A DNA stretch of 64,000 bases from Chrysomallon squamiferum (lineage: Eukaryota; Animalia; Mollusca): assembly GCA_012295275.1 (NCBI GenBank), contig CM022678.1, positions 9,052,001-9,116,000 on the forward strand. The letters are read 5' to 3'. A model generated the notes under the pieces. That model saw only the letters and a list, made by a program, of their open reading frames with translations. It was not told where the DNA came from and did not search any database. Position numbers and translations under genes: made by a program. Positions 13,186 through 34,200 of the stretch are shown in pieces. How positions within the stretch are numbered: position 1 is the stretch's first letter; the number at the start of each line of letters is the position of its first letter.

Positions 13186-13814
13186 ATGCTTTCTGAGAAT
13201 GTCCCTTAAATTCCAGACAGCAGTTGCCATATATGGTCATGTCACATGACCATACAGTTCCCAGTGCTAACACAAGCTCCCAATAGGAGGCAGTCATGTT
13301 AATCTATCTTGCTAACACTTCCTCCCCACTCATTTCTTTAAAACATCACACACTGACCTGTATAGATTACACACTTCTCAACTTCAACTATTCACATCTA
13401 CAGCAACAAAAAAACATTTAATCATAATTTTAATTGATGTAATAAAGTCTGTGATATATCTCTGTCTCTCTCTCACCCCCACAACAGTACATGTTACTCA
13501 GTAACAAACTGCCTGTTACACTGCAGCAGCAACTGAGCCAAAAGTACTTGAAACCTGTAACAGTTTGAGCATGAGGAGAGTTACTTTCCAGAACAACTGC
13601 AGAGAGGGGTAGGTTATGAGGATTACCATGGTGACCAGCTCGTGACCTAGATGAGCGTCTTACAGGAGCAGCATTTACATCTTGTGATGATGTCTCTCAT
13701 TCTGTTACATTCACATCTCCTCTGTCTCAATAACACGGCAAAATCAAGACCACAGGTTCATCAAACAGTGGGGAGTTTCCTGGCTAAGGGACCGTTAGAA
13801 ATCCTTGTTATTTT

Positions 13815-13950
<136 letters not shown>

Positions 13951-14389
13951 AAGATAATATAAATACATTTCCACTATAAAATAAAACCCCAAAGTTTTTC
14001 TCAGTTTATTTACAAATACGTATAATTTGCATTTTTATTTGGATCCTTTCCTTAAGGATCCAAAATATAATATGATTTTTTTCTAAAGTAATATAATAAA
14101 AATTAAAATAAGAAGATATATAATACACATATATCACGTTCAAAAATAACTTTAAAAAATGTAAATAACAACAAAAATAGTAAAAAAAAAAAAAATATAT
14201 ATTTTCCCTAAGAGCCTGAATAAAAAAAAAATATATATATATATTGTAGAATATTATCAACTCCTAATTTAGACAATGATAAAATTGGTTGGTCTCTATG
14301 CAGACGTGTTTCAACAAATAGGCTCAAGAAACTGTTCCACTGTTTTTATTTTTACACTTGAATGTCACAATTCCCACCCTTCAATCTCT

Positions 14390-14960
14390 CAGCTTTCTGA
14401 TTTTCATCAATATCCAGCTTTCTGATTTTCATCAATATCCAGGTTTCTGATTTTCATCAATTTCCAGCTTTCTGATTTTCATCATCAGTTTCCAGCTTTC
14501 TGATTTTCATCAATATCCAGCGTTTCTGATTTTCATCAATATCCAGCTTTCTGATTTTCATCAGTTTCATTTTCATGATTTCAGCTTTCTGATTTTCATC
14601 AATTTCCAGGTTTCTGATTTTCATCAATTTCCAGCTTTCTGATTTTCATCAATTTCCAGCTTTCTGATTTTCATCAATTTCCAGCTTTCTGATTTTCATC
14701 AATTTCCAGCTTTCTGATTTTCATCAATTTCCAGCTTTCTGATTTTCATCATCCAGCTTTCTGATTTTTTTCATCTGATTTTCATCAGTTTCTGTTTTTT
14801 TTTCATCATATCAGCTTTCTGATTTTTTATCAGCTTTCTGATTTTCATCAATTTTCTTTTTTTGATTTTGCTTTTTTGATTTTCATCAACATCCAGGTTT
14901 TTTGATTTTCATCAATTTCCAGCTTTCTGATTTTCATCAGTTTCCAGCTTTGATTTTCAG
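14390..14960. repeat. 25-bp minisatellite, about 20 partly degenerate copies
   Basis: Unit ccagctttctgattttcatcaattt. Confidence 0.93.
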
Positions 14961-15116
14961 CCACTTTCCTGGTAATTTATCACGGACTTTAACATCAAAA
15001 TTTTCAACTTTAACATCAAAATTTTCAATTTCCAAAACATTTTTTTTTTTTTAGACTTTTTTTTAGACTGCTCTGCATCATTCTCAAAAAAATGTCTTCT
15101 TTTTTCTGTAGCTACT

Positions 15117-15210
15117 TTCTGAACATCTGAACATTATCACATGATTTCTGAACATCTGAACATTATCACATGATTTCTGAACATCTGAACATTATCACAT
15201 GATTTCTGAA
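15117..15210. repeat. 29-bp tandem repeat, 3 copies
   Basis: Unit ttctgaacatctgaacattatcacatgat. Confidence 0.92.
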
Positions 15211-15305
15211 TGCGTATAATCAAAGGATCATCGCTTGGTAAACAGTCCAAAACTTAATTTATCTGAAAGAAATATACTTTTTATCATTAGATTATTTTGT
15301 TTTTT

Positions 15306-15545
15306 ATTAGACTTTTATTTTATTTTTATTTTTTTTTTTATTACCCAATTTTTTTTTATTTTATCTCTACATATACCCACTTTTTTTTTTTTTTATATTA
15401 GACTTTTATTTTATTTTTATCTCTACATATACCCAATTTTTTTTTATATTAGACTTTTATTTTATTTTTATCTCTACATATACCCATTTTTTTTTATATT
15501 AGACTTTTATTTTATTTTTATCTCTACATTTACCCAATTTTTTTT
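15306..15545. repeat. About 50-55-bp tandem repeat, 4-5 copies
   Basis: Core attagacttttattttatttttatctctacatataccca followed by a T run. Confidence 0.85.
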
Positions 15546-15710
15546 TCTTCTCCTTGACATCATTTCTTACTAATTCTCATATGTCAGTATTTTAACATGT
15601 TTCAGTAAAATATAAAATTCTTAAAATTTGAGTGTAAGTATAAAAATCTGATTTTCTTTATGTGAGACCTTACCTTCTTTCTGAATAACCAGTAGACACA
15701 ACATGAAATG

Positions 15711-15865
<155 letters not shown>

Positions 15866-15930
15866 CTTACTACAAAACTAATCTAAATCACATTAATTGA
15901 TACAATTATCATTAAAAGTTGTTTTCTCAC

Positions 15931-22499
<6,569 letters not shown>

Positions 22500-22565
22500 C
22501 TGTGAAAATAAAACAAAACATTCAGAAAATCTGAAACTATGTAAAATGAAAATAATAACAATAAC

Positions 22566-22598
<33 letters not shown>

Positions 22599-22609
22599 TA
22601 ATAATAAAA

Positions 22610-22640
<31 letters not shown>

Positions 22641-23641
22641 AAGAAGAAGAAGAAGAAGAAGAAGAAGAAGAACAACAACAACAACAACAACAACAATAAA
22701 AATAAAATGAAAATAATTCCTCATGTAAAAGCTGGTAACATATTTTCCAAACCCCAGAGCTCCACAGCTGATTTATCAAAGGCTGTTTATGAGAAGGTTC
22801 ACATAAAACAGTCCTTCCTGCTGATCAGTAAAAACAGACCATGTGTCAGATGGTTTCTACTCTCTCTTATCAGCATCATACCACAATCACAGGCTTAATA
22901 TTTAATACTTCAGTCTTCTCAGTGAATCACTCATTTCACTCACTGAGCAATTTGACATTCAACATTGAATTATCTTGTTAATTAACTATCTATGTTTTCT
23001 GTTAATATTTTAATTATGACTGCTGTTGAGTTAAATCCTATGTTAATGAATACCCAGTCAGATTTATAATTATCTTAGTTAATAACTTAATGGGAATATA
23101 AATATCTCAGTTAATTTAGTTTGTTGTTACTCAAGTTAATTAACTCAGTTAATAAGGTTAATCATGTTATTTAGTTAACTGACTAAGATAATAAATTAAC
23201 TGTTTCAGTTGTAAAAGTTAATTAACTCAGTTAAAAAGGTGTCACAGGGCCCACACATTTAAACATCTTGTATGTTTTACTAAGGCTCAGTCTAGGGTAA
23301 CAAGGTGCTTTAATGGCCACCTAACAGGGAAGATAAACACTAAATTGACAGCAATCTATATAAATCAGTACGTAAATGTATCCACTAGACAAATAAACAG
23401 AACACAGGTTGAGGTACAAGTTAATTATTTAATTAAGATATACAGGTGACTTGATAATAATACATTATACAATCCTAAAACATAGGTTTAAGTAATTTAG
23501 ATTAATGATACGAGAAAGGTCATATGGGGAACCAAGACAAAATAAGATTCTGCACAGAGGACACAGTAAAACATTAAATGTTACTGACACAGTTTAATCA
23601 CACAGGACACCCTATCAAAACAAGAACAGACAACTGCTTAC

Positions 23642-23780
23642 CATACTCGTCTGTAAAGACGACGTCTTTCAAAAACTTTGGTTTCCCCTCCTGACTGAAC
23701 TGAGATAATTAACTTTTCCTTCTCTGCTTAATCTCCAAGTGACGCACTTTTATAACAACACCATGGAGTTGAAAAATTGG
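23642..23780 (-). promoter_or_regulatory. Mirror copy of the putative CCAAT/TATA promoter and first exon
   Basis: cttttata at 23747-23754; donor and ATG at 23640-23644. Confidence 0.45.
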
Positions 23781-24106
23781 TGGCACAAATAAAAAGCGCT
23801 GATGTGATTGTGGTTACAATTTGTTAAGAAATTTCAATTCAGTGACATATGGCTAATCATGTTATTTAGTTAACTAAGATAATCAATTCAGTTGTTTCAG
23901 TTATAACAGTTAATTATCTCAGTTATTAAGTTAATCAACTCAGTTAATTTTCACACACACACACACACACACAGATTGATAAGGAAAATACAGATTGAAG
24001 AGAGAGTGTTAAGTAGAATGAGGGTGATAAAGATGGGTAAAGAAAGAAATCAGAAAATAAAAACAAAGAGCTATTTACAGATAGAATATGCAGAAGGTAA
24101 GATATG

Positions 24107-24237
<131 letters not shown>

Positions 24238-24301
24238 AGAATAGTCATTTAAAATTTATAAAATTCAAAAAAAAATGTTTACTTTAATAAAAAAAAATTA
24301 C

Positions 24302-24722
24302 CTGAAGTAAGTTTAACTAAATTGTCAATGACAGATACACAAAGATCAGGATTATTTCCAATGTCCACATCTTTCAAAGAAAGGAGTTTTGCATGGAAAC
24401 ATTCTACCAGAAACTCCAACAGCTGGTTGGTTAAACAACTGCAGTTCAGACTTAATTCCTGTACAGAACTTGTGTCCAATTTGGATTCTGGAATACCTGA
24501 AATAAATAAATAAAAAACAGTATTAAGAAACTTGGCATCAGTAGATATCAAATTTAACCATCCAAAAAAAAAAAAAAAAAAAAGCTCAGAAAATATGATA
24601 AGTTTCATATCAGTGAATCAAATTAAACTCTTAGCTCTGAAAATAAATAAATCAAAATAAATAAATAAATAAATATAATATGATAGAAGTTTCATATCAG
24701 TTGATATCAAATTAAACCACTA

Positions 24723-24753
<31 letters not shown>

Positions 24754-25093
24754 AGTTAATAAAAGTCAAAAAAAATATAATGAAAAATAAAAAATATATA
24801 TTTAAAAATATATAATGTAAAAAAATGTAGTTAGTAGACAACATCATAATGTTTTTGGTTAGTAGCAATAGTAACAGCAGCAGCAGTAGTTGTTGTAGTT
24901 GCTGTAGTAGTTGTAGTAATACTAGCAATAGAACTAGTAGTAACATTGGTACTGTTGGTTATAGCAGTTGACTCAGCAGTAGTTGTAGTAGTAGTAGTAG
25001 TAGTTAGTAGTAGTAGTTAGTAGTAGTAATACTAGCAATAGAACTAGTAGTAACATTGGTACTGTTGGTTATAGCAGTTGACTCAGACTCAGC

Positions 25094-25126
<33 letters not shown>

Positions 25127-25300
25127 TAGTAGTAGTTGTAGTAATACTAGCAATAGAACTAGTAGTAACATTGGTACTGTTGGTTATAGCAGTTGACTCA
25201 GCAGTAGTAGTTGTGTAGTAGTAGTAGTTGTAGTAGTTGTAGTAATACTAGCAATAGAACTAGTAGTAACATTGGTACTGTTGGTTATAGCAGTTGACTC

Positions 25301-25376
<76 letters not shown>

Positions 25377-25377
25377 C

Positions 25378-25410
<33 letters not shown>

Positions 25411-25739
25411 CAGCAGTAGTAGTAGTAGTAGTAGTTAGTAGTAGTAGTAGTAGTAATAGTAAGTAGTGGTAATAGTAGTAGTAGTAGTAGTAGTAACAGT
25501 ACTAGTAATAGTACTAGTGGTAATAGTTGTAGTATTAGTAGTAACAGTACTAGTAATAGTACTAGTGGTAATAGTTGTAGTATTAGTAGTTCTAGTAATA
25601 GTAGTAGTAGTGGTAGTAGTAGTAATTAGTAGTAGTAGTAAGTAGTAGTAGTAGTAGTAGTAGTACAAGTAGTAGTAGTAGTATAGTTCTAGTAGTATAG
25701 TAGTAAAGTAGTAGTAGTAGTAGTAGTAGTAATATAGTA

Positions 25740-25831
<92 letters not shown>

Positions 25832-25848
25832 ATAAGTGCAGTTAGTAC

Positions 25849-25886
<38 letters not shown>

Positions 25887-25934
25887 AAATAGTAGTAAAT
25901 AGTAAATAGTAGTGTAGTAGTAGAACTAGTAGTA

Positions 25935-25969
<35 letters not shown>

Positions 25970-26007
25970 AATACAATAAGAGGAGTTAGTAAATAACTGC
26001 AGACACC

Positions 26008-26047
<40 letters not shown>

Positions 26048-26087
26048 AATACAATAAGAGGAGGTAGTAAATAACTGCAGACACCAC

Positions 26088-26125
<38 letters not shown>

Positions 26126-26395
26126 AAAAAGTAGTAGTAGTAGTAGTAGTAGTAGTAGAAAAAATAATGTGTAGAAATAGCAGTAACAGACATAGTGGTA
26201 AATAGATATATAGTAGTTGTTGCTAACAGATTTAGTGTGTTGAAAGTCACTGTTAGTAACTATTTTTTCAGTAGTAGGATAACAGTAGTAACAGTGGTAA
26301 TAGCAGAAGTAGCAGTATTAGTAGCTAACTGATAATACTGGACAATAATAATAACAATAACAATAACAAAATAATAATAACAAAATAATAATAAC

Positions 26396-26466
<71 letters not shown>

Positions 26467-26648
26467 TAACAATAATAATAATAATAATAACAATAATAAT
26501 AATAATAACAATAATAATAACAATAATAATAATAAGAAGAAGAAGAAGAAGAAAAGAAGAAGAAGATGAAGAAGAAGAGAAAACAAGAATTTGTTTTTCA
26601 CAATTATACATATATATAAATATAAAAATAATTTCTTGTTCTTTGTTA

Positions 26649-26684
<36 letters not shown>

Positions 26685-27936
26685 TACCACTACTATTATT
26701 ATCATTATAAAACATTTTATAACAGTTATAACTAAGATTACTCACAGCACTCTCAGTGTCTGTTTTGTTGGTGGTGAGGCTAAGGAAGATCACTGTTGTG
26801 TTAGAACACATTGCCAAACACACAGCTCGGAAAGCCTGGATTCCAAAACTGTTTCCTGATAAATTTAAAACCTAGTTAAAAAATAAGTAAATAAACAAAA
26901 ATAAAGGTGTTAATAATTAATGAAAATATAGAATACTAAATTATTCAGTAGGTTGTAATATTAAATAAAATAATGAAAAGATTAATAATAATGAATGTAA
27001 ATATCCAATATTATGTAATTCAGTATGATTATATTTTAAATAAATCAAAAAATAATAAGAAAATAAATAAATAAATAAATAAATCAATGATAGACAGTAC
27101 ATACATTAGATCACAGACAGAAGATAGATAGAAAGATTCATAAATAAATAAAAATAAATAAAATAAAAATAATCAACTGTCTACTAAAACTTGTTTATCG
27201 ATCATTTTTATAAATTAAAACTATAAATTTAGAATTATTTAAAAAACTGATTCTTAAGCTATTTATGTTCAGAATTATCAAAAGAGAACTTAAAGATAGA
27301 TTATCTAAAATATTTTCTTTCTTTGTTATACTTCAAAAATATTACAATGTTAAAAACATAAAGAAAAGAAAGAAAGAAAAAACAAAGAAACTTGCTAATT
27401 AGGAACAAATAAGAAATGATGTAAAGACAGAGACTGACATACAGAAGGACAAACAGAAAAGTATTTAGTAAGTAGAGACATAGGTATAGACAGATTCTCA
27501 GAAAGACAAACATATTTATCTGAACATTTTCAAGGAAAGAAATACACACAGACAAACAGAAAAGTATTTAGTAAGTAGAGACATAGGTTATATAGACAGA
27601 TTCTCAGAAAGACAAACATATTTATCTGAACATTTTCAAGGAAAGAAATACACACAGACAAACAGAAAAGCAGAGAGAGATAGAAATAAAGTAAATAAAT
27701 AGGGAGGCAGACAGAAAGACAAACAGACAGACAGACTAAGACATATTTACAGACATAATTACCTGAATATTTTTTAAAGATTTTAAATTCTGACTGAGTG
27801 GATGAGACTAAGTGGTAAAGCTTGTGGCAGTTTAAGTCTTGGTCTGGCTGCTTTCAACAAAAACTCACAAGAAGATTAGTCAGTCGAATCACATGATCAG
27901 CTTTTCATTTTCGATGATGTGAAACCCATGTCACTT
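24302..27936 (-). pseudogene. LRR gene fragment, inverted copy; exons 27936-27763, 26871-26746, 24496-24302
   Basis: Mirror of 3871-7247; the first exon carries an extra 7-bp deletion. Confidence 0.75.
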
Positions 27937-28089
27937 CTGTGGAAATAACAAAATAGAAAAAATATATATATTAACAGAGGGCAGACCTTGAAATCAAGAG
28001 AAAACATGGTTGCAAATATAAATACAACTGTCATAAAATATTTTTTTCAAAATGATTGGTAACTTTTAAATACACTAACAGTATCAAAT

Positions 28090-28700
28090 ACAACACCACG
28101 TCTACTTGTGTCAGCTATTTTTACGAAACGATTTGACATAACTTTTTGGTTTGGCGATGTTTGTGTACGATTCGACTAATTATAGTAAGATTCAGAACCA
28201 ACCAGCCCAATTTCCCCGACCTTATTTCAGTAGGGACCTTTTTTCTTCTTTTTTGTTTTCTTCTATTTTTAACGCCACCTAAAACTGATAGAAAGCCTAG
28301 AGGCAGAGACTGTGTAAAGTATCTTACTATTTCCTAGCAACGCATCCCTTTCAAAAAGATAACGTAGGAAAGAGAAATATTTCTTGTGTTAAAATAAAAA
28401 ATAAATAAATAAATAAATAAATAAAAAATCAGTGGAACTGAATATTAATGTGAGAGCCGTCACCAGATCCTGTTTTTCTGTCCATCCACTCGTTAGCTCA
28501 CGAAGTCACGAAGTGATCTCGCAGATTATCCAATACCAGAGTACTCGATATTTGCAACACACATTATGAAACAAGCTTTGTGTGTTAAACCCCTGTACAC
28601 TGCTCTTCTCTTATCAAAACAAATGCACCTTATCGCTGCACCTCAGTAAATTCTGTTGCGTAGCTCATAAAATATTATCACTTCAGCGGAGCACTTTCTA
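28090..28700. promoter_or_regulatory. CpG-retaining promoter-like segment at the outer breakpoint of the right arm
   Basis: Abrupt visible rise in CG dinucleotides relative to 1-28 kb. Confidence 0.4.
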
Positions 28701-28952
28701 CACTTCTCAGTAAACATGGATAGATGAGTGGTTGGATTAGAGATGATGTGAACTGACAGATGGATGGAAGGACAGATAGATGATACAGTAAAGGTAATGT
28801 TGTTTATTCTATACACTTTGTGAGGAGTCTACCGTTACGAGAACATTCTCATGACTATTTCGAGGCTTGGTCCTGAAAATCATAGTGAATAAAGACTCCA
28901 CAAGAAACTGTCTCATGAGACACCTCGCCAGTTGAAACCAGACAGAACTGCA

Positions 28953-29044
<92 letters not shown>

Positions 29045-29246
29045 CCATCATGTTAATTCACTGTTTGTAGATGTACTGAAAATATCAGTGTATCAATAAA
29101 TCTCTTGATGTGAATGTCTCAGCTCGATGTCTCTGTGTTTTTGTTAAATCACACAACTCATATTGAATATAAAATTCAGTTGTTGAGTGAATGTATCTCC
29201 TAACATCTCCTAATACTCCCTCTGTATACAAATCTTCTATTTTATG

Positions 29247-29367
<121 letters not shown>

Positions 29368-29409
29368 AGAATTACATGTTGAAAACATTGAAACAAATAA
29401 AGGAGTAAC

Positions 29410-29699
29410 TCTTCGTTGCTACTACTACAGGTATCAGACCAGAAATCCACAATTTGTTTCCCTGACGCTATTTTCACAGTTCACGTGGGAGTGTTGTCCT
29501 CACCAGACAGGAACTGCTCTTTCAATCCACGTGGCGTTCATTCACTCGCCGCATGTGTCGAATAGCCACAGTTGTGTATCGTCAGTTTTCTTTAATTTTA
29601 AAATGTCTAATTATTTAGATGCCTTGGTACCAGAAAACCAGAAAAATCAGTCAGGAATGCCTCAGGCCCCAAGGAGTCTGGATAACTGGTCCGGTACCT

Positions 29700-29700
<1 letters not shown>
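29410..29700. promoter_or_regulatory. CpG-retaining promoter/first-exon-like segment with two CACGTG E-boxes
   Basis: cacgtg at about 29483 and 29528, several CpGs, followed by a short ATG-initiated complex stretch (MSNYLDALVPENQ...). Confidence 0.35.
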
Positions 29701-29783
<83 letters not shown>

Positions 29784-30495
29784 TATTAAACAGACACATA
29801 GACAGACCAGAAGCAGAGAGTCAAAAGTGTTTCCATCAACATCGGCTTCCATCTCAAAAGCAACATCTGCCTGGAAAGAAGATGAAAATTTTGCTTAAAT
29901 CCATCAGAAAAAAAAAAAAAAAAAACCAGCAACAGTGCTCAAAATTAAATATCACCAACATCTTCATTACAAACAAGAAAGAAAAACCCAAAAAAAAAGA
30001 AAAAAAAAAAAGGAAAAAGAAGAAAAGAACTAAAATGATATTGAACAAATAAAATAAGAAGTACACCGATGGTAATGATGACATTAATAATAATAATAAC
30101 AATAACAATAACAATAATAATAATAACAATAATAATAACAATAACAATAACAATAACAATAATAATAACAATAACAATAACAATAATAATAAAACAACCA
30201 AATCAGTTCTGTCATAATCCAAAATTTGTTTTGCAATGTCATGTATTATTTTTCAGGGCTGAGCTTTACTGAAGTATAATTTCAGAATGTTAATGATACA
30301 GAATAAAACTGATTGTCTGGAAAAAAGTTTCAGTGATTGTGAAGCAAAATGTAAATCTCTCTCTCAAGTTTAGATTCTTTTCATTCGAAAGGAAAAACAA
30401 ACACTAACCTCAAACACGGACTTCAATTCAAACAGTTTTCTATTTCAGAATATGAAAATATTAACTTGAATTTGCTTTTCACATCTCTCATGTAG

Positions 30496-30661
30496 ACGAC
30501 TGTGGTGCACCAACTAGTGAGGACGACAGTGGTGCAGTGTTGCTCACAGCATCACACAGAACTGCGGCACTGACCTGCAGTCAGCTTCATCACACAGAAC
30601 TGCGGCACTGACCTGCAGTCGGTTTCTTACCAGTATGGATGCTGAATAATTCTTCGTTACT
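30496..30661 (+). other. Exon-like segment with an internal 33-bp duplication (period 38)
   Basis: TGTAG|...|GTGAGT. catcacacagaactgcggcactgacctgcagtc at 30550 and 30588. Begins DCGAPTSEDDSGAVLL; family not recognised. Confidence 0.4.
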
Positions 30662-31161
30662 GTGAGTTGCCATCTTCATTTTTATATTCTCATTTTTAGA
30701 AAATTCATTCCATACAGACTTCGCATTTAAACTTTTTCTCTCTGCTATAAATTCCTATTTTTCTTATTTCATGGAATTATTTTACTCACTTCACATTTTA
30801 TCCAGGGTTGTGATTCTTCTTATTTATTTCTGAAAAAAATAATAAAGTAACTAGTTAAAGCAGTGGAGGATATGCAATATTTAAACTGATGTATTTTATT
30901 CAAGTAGATAATTTTATACAACAGATTTTATTTAATTATAAATTTAATACATTTTTGCACCCTACATTTTCCAAATCACGTTTTCTTTCAATTTTCGAGT
31001 AAGACAAGAAGAAAATTTGTCATCTTTCTCATTTTGATTATACATAAATGATGTAGTATCGTCTTCAGGTACGAAAAGTAACACGTGTATTTATGAAAAA
31101 CGTTAATATACATTAAGTTATCTATGTGATTTTATGCTTATATAGCACTGAAAAAAAAAAA

Positions 31162-31192
<31 letters not shown>

Positions 31193-31269
31193 CAAAAACC
31201 TTTTGATTTATATCATCAGCTAGATTTGTTTGAAATATATTGGGAAACCTGAAAGTTATTGGTTTTCAA

Positions 31270-31580
31270 AAGGCACTTTCAGAATTGTTTCCCTAAGACT
31301 GATGTATAATAATAAAGAAAGAGAAATTGTTACTCCAGTCAAATACTTGGAATTGATTTCATTAGTTCTGAATCCTTCATAAATACCAAGAAAGATTCAA
31401 TGAAGCTCAACAGTTTTCTGCACTAAAACAAGATATCGAGAAATTAGTTTATAAATTGACTGTCAGATTTGAATGACAACATTATAAAACATATATTAAT
31501 GTATGGATGTGAAATTATGGGATTTTAGTAACTTAATATATCTGAGAAAAAACATTCATCTCAAGTTTTGCAAATACATA
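31270..31580 (+). mobile_element. Decayed LINE ORF2 (end of RT and post-RT region)
   Basis: Broken reading KYLGI...IIKHILMYGCEI(W)GFSNL...IHLKFCKYI. Confidence 0.75.
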
Positions 31581-32880
31581 AAAAAAAAAAACGCATAAAA
31601 TAAAATTAATAATACTAACCAAAAAAAAATGACTTCCTGGAAGATTTGTCACAGTTGTTTTTTCAGTGCAGTCATCAAAAATACTGTAGAAGTAAGGATT
31701 TATTAAATGTATCAGTTAATGTCCATGCCTTAATGGAAATAAGAATTTTAATTAATATTAATTATTCAGCTGTAATATCGTACTGCACATTCTCAATATT
31801 GCTGTTTGTACGTGACTATAGAACTGCATGTCATAACTGACAGTAAAAGACATTACTGAATGTACGTAACTATGTGCTTCCTTAGTGCTCTGCACTAACC
31901 TGCGTCTGTTATCTATTTACCATTTGCTATTCGACATTGTTTACTTATTGTAATTTTACCTATTTGATTCACTCAGTAAGTAATATAACTACATATCACT
32001 CAGTATCCATGAATTGCAGAGCACATGTTTATCTATCTACTAAGCAAACAACCTAACACTAGTTAGTTCTTTCAGTGTTAGTAGTAGTCAGTAATTTTAG
32101 TGATAGTAATATTTGTAGTCCTAATAGTAGTTAGTAGTAGTTGGTATTTGTAGTGGTAGTAATTACTAACAGTATTTGAAGTCGTCATAATGAAGGTGGT
32201 CTTAGCACTTCTGATGTAGCAGTAATAAAACGTTAGTTAAAATTAAAGAATAAAAACACTGAAATGAGTTTTCATTTCTTTTCTCTTTTATTTGACAAAT
32301 TATCACTTCTGTATTCAGGTTTCATACCAAAATTGATTTTTATCTGACATACCAGTTGAATAAATGAGTTAATGTCAACTAATAATTATTTTATTTATAA
32401 GAAGGTCAGTGGTCCACTGAGATAAAGATATTCAATCTAAGCAAGTACAAAGCTAAGAAACATTTGTTTCTGCTTCACTTATCACACCTGCAGCATTAAT
32501 TCTTTTCAGATTCAAGATTGTATACATTTTACTGCCCCTAATTAGCACTTACAACATCTATGAAGACAAGACAAGACTGCAATGCAAGCAGTATTGATAA
32601 CACATAAAAAGAACCTAATTTAAACAGTATTTTCTGTAGTGACACAAAACATATTAATTTTTATTTAACCCAGAAGACTGATTCTCTCAATGACAAGTTT
32701 ATACAAAAGTGAAGTCTTTTTTGTACCAGAAAATAAATGTTGAAATGTTATTATATTTGGTCTAAGTCTATAATAGTGTGGTATATATTTACTTCTCTCA
32801 AAAGAGAAAAATGTACACTCAAAAATATAGTGGAACTCATCACCAATATCAGAATTACATAAAAGCTATATTATGTCTTC

Positions 32881-33335
32881 CCTTTCAATATTAAACCATC
32901 TACCAGATACCATAGGAAGTTTGATATTACTTGTTCTATATTTACCCTTTCAGTATTAAACCATCTACCAGATACCATAGGAAGTTTGATATTACTGGTT
33001 CTATATTTACCCTTTCAGTATTAAACCATCTACCAGATACCATAGGAAGTTTGATATTACTGGTTCTATATTTACCCTTTCAGTATTAAACCATCTACCA
33101 GATACCATAGGAAGTTTGATATTACTTGTTCTATATTTACCCTTTCAGTATTAAACCATCTACCAGATACCATAGGAAGTTTGATATTACTGGTTCTATA
33201 TTTACCCTTTCAGTATTAAACCATCTACCAGATACCATAGGAAGTTTGATATTACTTGTTCTATATTTACCCTTTCAGTATTAAACCATCTACCAGATAC
33301 CATAGGAAGTTTGATATTACTGGTTCTATATTTAC
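32881..33335. repeat. 65-bp minisatellite, 7 copies
   Basis: Unit ccctttcagtattaaaccatctaccagataccataggaagtttgatattact(g/t)gttctatattta. Confidence 0.97.
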
Positions 33336-33339
33336 ATAA

Positions 33340-34200
33340 TGCTCTAGCATTTTCCACTGGCAGCTGTAAACATAATGTTCTAATTTAAATTCACTGTTAA
33401 GAATTGTATAATAAATTCCTTTTCATGAATTTATGTCTATTCCATTTTTGTAACAACTGACTACAACATTCTTTTAACAGCATGTTCTAACCACAAGATC
33501 TTCACTTCCACATATAGATATATGTTACATAAACCACATTCATCCAGTATAGCTTTTATACAAGATAATCAAGGATTTGATAAATTATTTATATCAATAA
33601 AAATATCTACAGCACACCAGACAATTTAAACTCTTTGCAGTTAACAATATATTTTTATGTATTTGCATATAAAGCCTTTCAGTTATATCTAAATTAATAA
33701 AACCCCAGATTTCACATCCATATAATATTTTAGGTTTTACAAACTTGTCTAACAAATGTAAGTGACAGTGAAGTAATAAACTGAATTCTCTACATTTTTT
33801 TTTAACATAGCAAACACTGCATCTGAACCTCAGCTGATAAAATCTTTTTTAGTATTCGATGATCCAGATTTACTTAAAATAAGGAATAGGTATTTAACCT
33901 CGGTAACAATTTCTACTTCCATATTATTAGATATAAATCTAAATGTATTTGTTTTTAGATTGCCTCTGGGAAACAATCTTAATTTTTAAGTAGAACTACT
34001 CACTGCACAACTGCTCACCAGTAAAGTGATAAACTTCACAACAGTAGTGATAATCTCTTAAACAATAAAATAGGATCTGCTAAAATCAATACAACATTTT
34101 TCTTTCTTTTGGTTTATCTTAGAAATATAAAGTGTTCTAAAAACAAGATATTAACAGATTTCTAAATATACTATACTTGGTTCCTGTATTCCAAAACCAC
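33340..34200 (-). mobile_element. Decayed LINE ORF2, same family as 31270-31580
   Basis: Minus strand reads EVEIVTEVKYLFLILSKSGS...AVFAMLKK/CREFSL...LLDKFVKPKILYGCEIWGFINLDITER. Confidence 0.8.

Noticed and set aside
15674-15680. Possible 7-nt micro-exon (CAG|AAAGAAG|GTAAGG) on the minus strand
   Set aside because: Too short to distinguish from chance without RNA data or the parent gene.
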